Below are positions 1 through 7,633 of a stretch of DNA of 64,000 nt, one piece after another; the first letter of the stretch is position 1; every line of letters starts with the position of its first letter. The notes beneath the pieces are model-generated. The model was not told the DNA's origin, ran no database searches, and saw only the letters and a program-made list of their open reading frames with translations. The DNA comes from a virus. Position numbers and translations under genes: made by a program. The DNA lies in IMG/VR virus record IMGVR_UViG_3300005688_000028, positions 27,634 through 91,633 of that record. The stretch is one strand, 5' to 3'.

Positions 1-304
1 CGACGACGAGGCGCGGCTTCCGCGTGAACCACCACACGACCACGGAGAGCACCACGAGGCCGAGCACGATGGCGACGATGAGGCCGCTTGAGTCGTCGCC
101 GGACGATTCGTGCAGCCCGAACGGTCCCGGTGGACGTCCCGCCGCTGGCGCCACTGCCGGCCCGCCCATAAGGTCGGAGGACAAGCCAGGAGGCGCCACG
201 AGCGCCGTGCCAGGAGGCGCACCCGCCGCCGCGCCGCCCATGTTGTCCTGAGCCCACGCCGGGAGCGACACAAGCCAGACGGCGACGATGGTGATGATTC
301 GCAT
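1..304 (-). CDS. Secreted/membrane protein, partial (runs off left edge)
   Basis: Read manually: MRIITIVAVWLVSLPAWAQD signal peptide, Pro/Gly linker, TM GLIVAIVLGLVVLSVVVWWF. Confidence 0.6.
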   Translation of the reverse strand, partial: MRIITIVAVWLVSLPAWAQDNMGGAAAGAPPGTALVAPPGLSSDLMGGPAVAPAAGRPPGPFGLHESSGDDSSGLIVAIVLGLVVLSVVVWWFTRKPRLVV

Positions 305-357
305 GGCTTCACCCTACGCCCGGCCCACCACCGAACGCAACCCGCCGGCCGAACGCT

Positions 358-1005
358 TCACCACGGGCAGTCGTCCTCGTCCTCGTCCTCGTCCTCGCTC
401 GTCTCCTCGGGCGGCTCATACCCCTCCTCGCCTTCGACGAGGTTATCCAGAGGCTCGAGCGGGTACAGGTCGCCACCCTCGACACCCTCGCCCGGGAGCG
501 GGACCACCCGGGTCGGCACCGGCTTGAAGTCGGGGCGCTTCGCCCGCTCCGCACGGAGCGCCAGCGCCTTCGCCTGAAGCTCCTCGATCGTCGGCTCGGG
601 CACGATGCTCTGCCGGGGCTCCTCGGGTGGGGGCGGGACGCGGTTGCGCTCGACGAAGCCCATGATCTTGCGAAGGCCCTCGGCCTCGGCTTCGGGGTCC
701 AACGCGGGTGTTGTATCGGGCGCGCGCTGCGCCATGACCTTCTCGACCTCGGCCCGGACCAGGGCGGCGATGTCGGGGACCGAGGCGACGACGGAGCTCG
801 GGGCCGGGGACTTCGGGGCGGGTGGGGTGGGTGCCGCCGTTGCACTGCCTTGCATGGCAGTGGTTGAATCCAAGCCACGCCGAAGCAGCTCGCGAATGAC
901 GTCCGATCGGTTCGGGCGGATCGGAAGGGTGTCCGCGAAGCGGTCGACCTCCTCAAGTTCCGTGGGTGTCAGCAGGACGACAATGCGCTCGGTTCTCTTG
1001 CTCAT
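358..1005 (-). CDS. Ribbon-helix-helix (CopG-like) DNA-binding protein with low-complexity acidic tail
   Basis: N-terminus RIVVLLTPTELEEVDRFA...NRSDVIRELLRRGL is an RHH pattern. Confidence 0.75.
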   Translation of the reverse strand: MSKRTERIVVLLTPTELEEVDRFADTLPIRPNRSDVIRELLRRGLDSTTAMQGSATAAPTPPAPKSPAPSSVVASVPDIAALVRAEVEKVMAQRAPDTTPALDPEAEAEGLRKIMGFVERNRVPPPPEEPRQSIVPEPTIEELQAKALALRAERAKRPDFKPVPTRVVPLPGEGVEGGDLYPLEPLDNLVEGEEGYEPPEETSEDEDEDEDDCPW

Positions 1006-1099
1006 GCACTGCATCGTAATGCACTGGCACTAGCAAGCCAAGTCACTTCGTCGTGCATGGCGTTGACAAGCTCTGGCTCGGTGTGCAATGGTATGCACA

Positions 1100-1131
1100 G
1101 TCGGGCACGGTGTTAGCGCACCGTGCCCGAC
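1100..1131. promoter_or_regulatory. Perfect 13-bp inverted repeat in divergent intergenic region (TTGACA at 1063-1068)
   Basis: GTCGGGCACGGTG-ttagcg-CACCGTGCCCGAC. Confidence 0.5.
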
Positions 1132-1156
1132 CTAACCCCAACACCGGAGCACTCCG

Positions 1157-1675
1157 ATGCTGAAGCTGCCACCCGTCTACCCGAACAGGCCCGTCGAGGC
1201 CATCGATCTGTCCGCCCCCGTGGTCATCTCCACCCGGGGCACCCTCCACGCCTGGGGCCGCTCGCGCCTCGAGCCCGGCGCCGAGCCCCCGCCGGCCCAC
1301 AAGGGCGTGACCTTCACCTGGGTCCGCTCGGACGACCTCTGGCTCTACCACGCGGCCCGGGCCTGCGACTTCACCGAAGGCTTCGGGGCCGCCGCCGAGG
1401 GCATCCTCATGGCGGTCGCCGAGGTCGAGGCCATCGCCCCCACGAGCCTCGACGCCATGCAGTGGGCGCCCGAGGTCGCTGGCGAGGTGGTGCTCGCGAA
1501 CGGTGCGGTCCTCGAGTTCGACGACGGCCGGCCGGCGCGGCTCACCTACGGGGTGACCGAGGCCGGGCGCTTCGCGCAGATCGTCGGCGGGCTCACGGGC
1601 GCGCTCGGCTACGCGCCGAAGGTCGGCCCGGCCGTCCGCGTCGGCTCCGACGTGTCGCACGCGCTCGGCGTCTGA
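1157..1675 (+). CDS. Hypothetical protein
   Basis: GGAG RBS, high GC3 codon pattern. Confidence 0.75.
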   Translation: MLKLPPVYPNRPVEAIDLSAPVVISTRGTLHAWGRSRLEPGAEPPPAHKGVTFTWVRSDDLWLYHAARACDFTEGFGAAAEGILMAVAEVEAIAPTSLDAMQWAPEVAGEVVLANGAVLEFDDGRPARLTYGVTEAGRFAQIVGGLTGALGYAPKVGPAVRVGSDVSHALGV

Positions 1676-1915
1676 TCTGAACCTCGCCGCCCAGCATGGT
1701 CCGCGTGGTCGTTGTGCCATGCGGTCCAGATCAACTTTCACGGGTACGTTTTTGCCACCCGGGAGCGGATTTGTTGGGCTGCGGTCATTGCACCGCGAGG
1801 CAGATCGATCTGTCCCGCGCGGACCCCCAAAGGTCCGGTCGTGAAGCCGCTTGGGTCGCGAGACTCGGGCGGCGCCTTTCCTCCAAACCTCCCGCAGTGC
1901 GGGCGAGGTGTCGTC

Positions 1916-2443
1916 ATGAAGAATCGAGAGATCCAACCGCGCGAAGGCGCTCCGTCGTGGACCCTGCCGCCTGGCATTCGGGTCATCGTCCCGGCCGATG
2001 AATGGATGCCGTGGGTCGAGGTGGACGCGCTGTGTGCGCACCTCGGAATCAGGGTGCCCGACACGCTCCGAGCCAAGGCCAAGACCAACCCGAACCTCGA
2101 GTTCGGCACCGTCGATGGCGTCGAGTTCGCCACCGCGAGCACGGCGTTCCGGCTGTTCGAGGCCGCGTCCGCCGATCCGCTTTTCCATCCGTTCATGGCG
2201 CTCCTCTACATGCACGCCATGCCCAATCTCGTCCGCTTCGCCTCGGGACTCCCCGCCGTGTCTCACATCGACGGACCGAGCAGGACGACGCACCCCAGCA
2301 TCGACGACGAGATGATCAACGAGTCGGGGCTCTACTACATGTTCCTCTGCTCCGATTCGACGCGCGGGCGCGAAGTGCTGAGCCAGTGGATCGAAGGCGG
2401 GCTTTTCCGCCGCTTCCTCACCGGCGACTTCGTCAAGAAGTGA
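1916..2443 (+). CDS. Bro-N-like protein
   Basis: C-terminal INESGLYYMFLCSDS..R..QWI matches the Bro-N motif; GAGG before ATG 1916. Confidence 0.55.
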   Translation: MKNREIQPREGAPSWTLPPGIRVIVPADEWMPWVEVDALCAHLGIRVPDTLRAKAKTNPNLEFGTVDGVEFATASTAFRLFEAASADPLFHPFMALLYMHAMPNLVRFASGLPAVSHIDGPSRTTHPSIDDEMINESGLYYMFLCSDSTRGREVLSQWIEGGLFRRFLTGDFVKK

Positions 2444-2504
2444 CGCCTTGCCTGTTTGCCCTAGTCACCAACTCAGATCCCATCCCACATCGAAGGAACC
2501 AGAC

Positions 2505-3611
2505 ATGAGCACGAAGACCAACATCCCCGCGATCGACCACAAACCCGCTGGCGCAGGCCCGCACCGCAACCAGACGCCGCCGACCTTCACCGCCAACGGC
2601 AAGACCCTCACACTCATCCCCGTCCGTGACGACTGGGGCTGCGTGTGTCGCGATCTCGGCCAGTTCCTCGAGTACGCCGATAACGGCGGGCGGCTCGTCA
2701 CGAAGGTGACCAAGGACTGGGCGAACGAGATGGAGGAGAATCTCGACTTCCTGCGCGGTCGAGACGAACCTACCGATTCGGTAGGTTCGAAGATCACCCG
2801 CGCTGGAGGCCGCGCCGAGGTCATCCTCACCCGGTCGGGCATCAACCTCGTCTGCCTCCTCTCGAAGAAGCCGCTCGGCAAAGAGATCCGCCGCTGGCTC
2901 GCGAGCGACGTCATGGTCAAGATCGCCGACACCGGCACCTACGTCGCCCCGAACGCCGAGCCGCAGCCCCAGAACCCGATCATGGAGCAGGCTTTCGCGG
3001 TCCTGGCGAGCACGCTCGCCGAGAGCCAGAAGATCGCGAACAGCATCCTCGCCAAGCACGAGTCCCGCCTCGACACCATCGAGCGCCAGCTCTCCCAGAC
3101 CGCCCCGGACCCGTCCGCCGAGAAGCGCGCCCTCGAAGCCGAGGCCAAGCGCCGCGAGATCAGCGAGAAGCGCCGCGAGGCCGGGCGCAAGGGTGGCCTC
3201 GTCACCGCCGAGCGCTACAGCCGCGACAACCACGGCCGCTTCGCCCCGAAGGCTTCGGCGCCGCCCCGGCCCCCGACGCAGACGAAGATCCCGCTCGCCC
3301 CGCCGCTCCCCGCCCCGAGCAAGATCGGCCCGCCCGGCCAGGTCCAGATCGTCCAGCGCAAGGTCGACGGCGAGGATGAGCTCGTCCGGGCGGCCCGGAT
3401 CGCGAGCGAGCTGCGCCAGCCCTTCTATCGGTACGAGTTCGCGATCGCGCTCTGGCCCAACGAGCCCTGGAACATGAAGCGGACCGACATGCTCCTCGAG
3501 CGCCTCCAGGGCGACGGCCAGGTCGAGCCCGTGGCGCGGCGTACCAACGGCGGGGCCACCACGACGTGCTTCGTCTACGTCGGAGAGGCCAGCGGGAAGC
3601 GCGTGGCGTGA
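2505..3611 (+). CDS. Antirepressor-like protein (Bro-N-like N-terminus, coiled coil, KGG motif)
   Basis: ILTRSGINLVCLLSKKPLGKEIRRWLASDVM..I..TGTY; REAGRKGG; AAGGA RBS. Confidence 0.75.
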   Translation: MSTKTNIPAIDHKPAGAGPHRNQTPPTFTANGKTLTLIPVRDDWGCVCRDLGQFLEYADNGGRLVTKVTKDWANEMEENLDFLRGRDEPTDSVGSKITRAGGRAEVILTRSGINLVCLLSKKPLGKEIRRWLASDVMVKIADTGTYVAPNAEPQPQNPIMEQAFAVLASTLAESQKIANSILAKHESRLDTIERQLSQTAPDPSAEKRALEAEAKRREISEKRREAGRKGGLVTAERYSRDNHGRFAPKASAPPRPPTQTKIPLAPPLPAPSKIGPPGQVQIVQRKVDGEDELVRAARIASELRQPFYRYEFAIALWPNEPWNMKRTDMLLERLQGDGQVEPVARRTNGGATTTCFVYVGEASGKRVA

Positions 3612-3810
3612 TGAGGGGAGGGGTGCATGAGTGGATGCACCCCGAACTGACGCGCTTGTGAGCGGCCTGTGGTGCGGGTCCTGGCATAATCGACACGGGC
3701 CTTGTCGTTTTCGGTTGCAGGGTCGAAGCAGATCGGCGACAAAGGGACATCGGCAGCGAGGGAAACACTCCCCAGGTCGGACCCGGTTGCAGCCGGGAGG
3801 AGCAACGACC

Positions 3811-4020
3811 ATGTTCCAGCCCAAATCAGTCCTCGAAACCATCACCAAGACCATGAAGGCCAAAGGCGCGATGACCGTTGACGGCCTCGTGGCCGCCTCT
3901 GGCCTGACTGTCCATCAGGTCATGCAGGGGATGACCCTGCTCCGTCGCGACGGGGTGAAGATCAAGGCTGTGCGCACCAGTTGGGGCGATAGCCCCTGCC
4001 GCTGGCAACTCGCAAACTGA
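3811..4020 (+). CDS. Small winged-HTH protein
   Basis: MTVDGLVAASGLTVHQVMQGMTLLRRDG; GGAGGAG RBS. Confidence 0.65.
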   Translation: MFQPKSVLETITKTMKAKGAMTVDGLVAASGLTVHQVMQGMTLLRRDGVKIKAVRTSWGDSPCRWQLAN

Positions 4021-4115
4021 GGTCGAAGCCTAGCCCCCTCAGGGGCGACGGTCTGTCCGGTAATGCCGGCGCTGACGAGACCAACACCGGGGTTGCAGCC
4101 CCAAGGAGCAACGAC

Positions 4116-4343
4116 ATGACGACCAGCATCAAGACCTACACCATCAACACCGCCAAGGGCACCCACACCGGCACGCTGCGCGAGGTCTGCGGCTGGCAGG
4201 CTGAGATGCAGGGCAGCTACGCCCGCATCACCGTCGGCGACCTCGAGGTGGACGTGGACGACATCGACTTCGACGGCGAGGACCTCGACGCGGCCGTGAC
4301 CATCGTGCAGCGCGCCATCGACGCCGCCCGCGCCATGGCCTGA
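4116..4343 (+). CDS. Hypothetical protein
   Basis: AAGGAG RBS, codon bias. Confidence 0.8.
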   Translation: MTTSIKTYTINTAKGTHTGTLREVCGWQAEMQGSYARITVGDLEVDVDDIDFDGEDLDAAVTIVQRAIDAARAMA

Positions 4344-4353
4344 CGCAAAGGAG

Positions 4354-4523
4354 CCGGGCGCCTTGCAGGGCACCCGGAAAGCCGCTCGACCCTTCGCTCT
4401 CGGGAGCAACCGCGAGGGCTTCAATGGGGCCGGCCCGAAGGCCGGAAAGGCTCCGTGATCAGCGGAGCCGGTGCCGAGCGGCAAGAGTAGACCTACACCC
4501 ACAGACGCCCCGAGGCAAGGGGC
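4354..4523 (+). ncRNA. Candidate structured RNA (multi-stem junction) in intergenic region
   Basis: GCCGCTCG(4381)/CGAGCGGC(4475) encloses stems CCGGCC-cgaa-GGCCGG and GGCTCCG-tgatcag-CGGAGCC; flanking hairpins. Confidence 0.45.
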
Positions 4524-4536
4524 AGGAGCAACGACC

Positions 4537-4806
4537 ATGGCCAGCACCTTTACCGCGACCCACAAAATCACGATCACCGGCCTGTCCTCAGTCCTCACCG
4601 AGGAAGGCGTCACCCACGTCGACGAGGCGCGCGAGATCCTCGTGCAGGAGGAGGACGGCGCCGAGGGCGGGCGCATCCTTTACACGCAGGAGGAGTGGGA
4701 CGCGGGCGTCCCTGCGGACTGGGAGCTCGACGCCGACGGGCACCTGACCTACTGCGGCGGCGCCTACCCCGGCACCGGCGTCGAGGTGCGGATCAAGAGG
4801 CTCTGA
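4537..4806 (+). CDS. Hypothetical acidic protein
   Basis: AGGAG RBS, codon bias. Confidence 0.75.
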   Translation: MASTFTATHKITITGLSSVLTEEGVTHVDEAREILVQEEDGAEGGRILYTQEEWDAGVPADWELDADGHLTYCGGAYPGTGVEVRIKRL

Positions 4807-4861
4807 TTACCGACTGCTGACCACACCCCGGCGCCCGGCCGGTCAACGGGCAGGAGCCATC

Positions 4862-5101
4862 ATGAGAGGCCGCCCCAAGACCGGCACCGGCCCCACGGCC
4901 GCTGGCGTCACCCCGCAACAATGGGCCGCCGCGCTCGGCCCCGTCACCCCCGCTTCGCTTCGCAAGGCCCAGCGGGTCATCACCGGCGCAACCCCGGTGT
5001 GGCCTGCCGAGCTCTTGGCGGTCGCCGCGGTCCACCAGATCGAGCCCCGGGCGCTGCTCGAGGGACTGGTCCAAGCCACGGAGGGCGCCAATGTACGCTA
5101 A
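4862..5101 (+). CDS. Hypothetical protein
   Basis: AGGAG RBS; overlaps next gene. Confidence 0.65.
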   Translation: MRGRPKTGTGPTAAGVTPQQWAAALGPVTPASLRKAQRVITGATPVWPAELLAVAAVHQIEPRALLEGLVQATEGANVR

Positions 5102-5465
5102 CTGCCGGACCATCGACTGTGCCGAGTGCGGGCTCACGCGCCAGCTCGGCCGCAAGCTGCTCCGCAGCGCCACCGACACCGAGCCGGTGGACGTGTGCAA
5201 GGAATGCCATGATGCCTACAACATGCCGTGGCGGGAGATCCTGCTCCGCGAGTTGCACATCCAGGCGATCCGGGCGCGTCATCGAGCGATGCGCATGTCC
5301 CAGGCGATCGCTGGCACGTTCGCGGCGATGCCCCACTCCGTGCGGGGCTGCGCCGAGGAGCGCGCCGCTTGGCTCCGGCACACCACCGAGCTGCTGATCG
5401 CGCAGGACCGACACGCCTGCTTTCTCGAGGACGCCGCGCGGAGCCAGGAGGAGGCCCATGGTTGA
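5091..5465 (+). CDS. Hypothetical protein with two CxxC pairs (Zn finger)
   Basis: CAEC...CKEC. Confidence 0.7.
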   Translation: MYANCRTIDCAECGLTRQLGRKLLRSATDTEPVDVCKECHDAYNMPWREILLRELHIQAIRARHRAMRMSQAIAGTFAAMPHSVRGCAEERAAWLRHTTELLIAQDRHACFLEDAARSQEEAHG

Positions 5466-5682
5466 GGCAGAACACTTCGACCGGCTCACCATCCACATCG
5501 CGACCCTCACGGAGCGGGTGCGCCGCCTACGGCCAGCCGCGGTGATGCAGGCCCCGCTCGTCGATGTCGCGGCCTATTGGCGGGCTCAGGCGGAAGTCGG
5601 CGCCGCCAAGGCTCACCTCGACTTCGTAGCCCGGGCGCTTGCGAGTAGATGGGCTCTCGCCACACAGGAAGGTGCAGCATGA
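5458..5682 (+). CDS. Hypothetical protein
   Basis: GGAGGAGG RBS; coupled to neighbours. Confidence 0.65.
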   Translation: MVEAEHFDRLTIHIATLTERVRRLRPAAVMQAPLVDVAAYWRAQAEVGAAKAHLDFVARALASRWALATQEGAA

Positions 5683-6536
5683 CTCAGACGCGAAAGAAGG
5701 CCGCCAAGCCGGCGGCCCCGGTCCAGTCCGATTGGGACCGCCAGCTCGAGACGGAGCGAATGCACGACCGCCACTATCACCGGGACCCGCAGCCCGTCCC
5801 GGCGTCCCGGCGCTTCGTGGTAGGCCAGTTGGTCCGCTACGGTAGCCTGCCAGATTGCCGCGTCGACGTGGTCGAGGACGAAGGGCGCACGCTCGTCATC
5901 AGCTACGCCAATCGAGGCGTCAAATACGGGAAGCCCTACGACCATGGCAACCGACTGCCGCGCGTCGTTCGCTGGCACGACGTCCTGCCCGTGGTCGAAG
6001 AGGCGCCGCGCCAGTTCACGACCGACGACAACGTCTGGCGGCGCATGACGGCCCGGCCCTCGACGCTCGACGCCCTGATTGGAAACGCTCGACGATGGGG
6101 GCTCATCGACTCGCCCGACTATCAGCGGTCCTACGTCTGGACGGACGAGAACCGCGCCAACTTCCTCAAGTCGATCTTCGACCAGAACGACATCGGCAAG
6201 TTCATCCTCGTCGTCCACGATTACCACGAAACGCGCGTCGAAGTGCTCGACGGGAAGCAGCGGCTCAAGACCCTGCTCGACTTCACCGACTCGCGCTTCC
6301 CGTATCGCGGCGTCTATTATCACGAGCTGCATTGGCGCGACCGGCACATCTTCAACGAGACGCTCGTCCAGTGGATCGAGGTGAACCGCGCGCGGGTCAA
6401 GCGCAGCGACCTCCTCTGGCTGTTCCTCGCCGTCAACGCGGGCGGGGTGCCACAGACCGAGGAGCACGTCGCGCACGTTCGGGCGCTCTACGAAGAGGCT
6501 CTCCGCAGCGAGCAGGCCCTCACTCTCCCTGCATGA
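5679..6536 (+). CDS. DUF262 (GmrS/ParB-like) domain protein
   Basis: PDYQRSYVW, EVLDGKQRLKTL, F.AVNAGG motifs. Confidence 0.85.
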   Translation: MTQTRKKAAKPAAPVQSDWDRQLETERMHDRHYHRDPQPVPASRRFVVGQLVRYGSLPDCRVDVVEDEGRTLVISYANRGVKYGKPYDHGNRLPRVVRWHDVLPVVEEAPRQFTTDDNVWRRMTARPSTLDALIGNARRWGLIDSPDYQRSYVWTDENRANFLKSIFDQNDIGKFILVVHDYHETRVEVLDGKQRLKTLLDFTDSRFPYRGVYYHELHWRDRHIFNETLVQWIEVNRARVKRSDLLWLFLAVNAGGVPQTEEHVAHVRALYEEALRSEQALTLPA

Positions 6537-6769
6537 ACTCCCGCAGCGCGGCGTCAAAAACGTCGTCGCCTGTCATGCCGGGTACGTTGCGCAGGTCTTC
6601 CCAGGCGTCGTCATCCATCCGCAGGTAGGCGTCTTCGAGGTCATCCCAATGGCGGATCTCGGGGACGCCGGGCCTGTAGGGACGCTCACCCAGGAGCGAG
6701 CGGACTACGCGCCAGCCCGGAGAGTCGCGGGTCCACCTCACCCGTCGCAGGATCTCTCTGGCGTCGAAA
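6520..6769 (-). CDS. Tail assembly chaperone, frameshifted C-terminal extension (gpT-like)
   Basis: ORF in the +1 frame, open from TTT CGA (6769-6764) of the upstream chaperone gene. Confidence 0.6.
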
Positions 6770-7192
6770 GTAGGCCGCCTGATGCTCGGCCAGCCCTCCG
6801 TACAGGACGCCGAGGAACACGATGTCTTCGCGCGCGCGCTCCCATGCCCAATCGTCGAGATCCACGGCCTGGACGAGCACCGTCGCGAGCATGAGCGCCC
6901 GCTGGTACTCGCCGGCCGGCTTGAGCGGCCACGCGACGCCGCCGCTCATCCGAGCGACCTCGCGCGCGATGGCGTCGAGCCCGGCCCCGTCGGGGACCTT
7001 CGAGGTCACGACGACGCTCCGGGGCTCGCCCGTCTCGAGGTCGTCGCAGGTCACGGTAAAGGTGACCTTTCGGGACACCCGGGGCGCCTTGGGGTCCGCC
7101 GGCTCGGTCTTGAGCTCGGGAGGCGCCTCTGGCGGCTGGAGCGCCTCGTCGCGGCGCTTGCGGAAGGACTCGCGGAGGTCGATCTTGGTCAT
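6686..7192 (-). CDS. Tail assembly chaperone (gpG-like)
   Basis: Directly after tail tube; contains Y-F-R slippery site near end. Confidence 0.65.
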   Translation of the reverse strand: MTKIDLRESFRKRRDEALQPPEAPPELKTEPADPKAPRVSRKVTFTVTCDDLETGEPRSVVVTSKVPDGAGLDAIAREVARMSGGVAWPLKPAGEYQRALMLATVLVQAVDLDDWAWERAREDIVFLGVLYGGLAEHQAAYFRRQRDPATGEVDPRLSGLARSPLAPG

Positions 7193-7620
7193 GCCGTGTC
7201 ACCGGGCTCGACGAACCACGTCGCGTCGAAGTTGAGGTTCTTGCTCCACACGGTGTCCCGCGTGAACGTGCTGACGTTGCCGCTCACCGACGCCTCTTCA
7301 GCCCGGATGATCAGCTCGTCGCTGTCCACGGTGCGGAACTCGACCACCGGCGCCTCGAACTCGATCAGCCCGCGCGGCGTCTTCTGCGGCATCAGCCCAG
7401 ACTCGCGGAGCGGCTTGGTGCGAAGGAACACGAGACCGAGTTGGAACGAGCAGACGACGCCGCCATAGACGTGCTCGCGGGTGCGCGGCGTGCCGCTCTC
7501 GTTGACCGCGATCTTCTGGAAGATCTCGTTGAAGGTCGCGTTCTGCACCATGCCAACGTAGATCCCGTTGACGTACAGCCGCGAATTGACTCCGTGTGTT
7601 GCCCTATGGGTCGGCGGCAT
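7189..7620 (-). CDS. Tail tube protein
   Basis: 143 aa beta-rich, immediately after sheath; LYVNGIYVGMVQ..F.E pattern. Confidence 0.85.
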   Translation of the reverse strand: MPPTHRATHGVNSRLYVNGIYVGMVQNATFNEIFQKIAVNESGTPRTREHVYGGVVCSFQLGLVFLRTKPLRESGLMPQKTPRGLIEFEAPVVEFRTVDSDELIIRAEEASVSGNVSTFTRDTVWSKNLNFDATWFVEPGDTA

Positions 7621-7633
7621 TGGCGCTCTCCTC

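Noticed and set aside
4354-4523. Possible tRNA
   Set aside because: No T-loop GTTC or D-loop consensus; kept only as a candidate structured RNA
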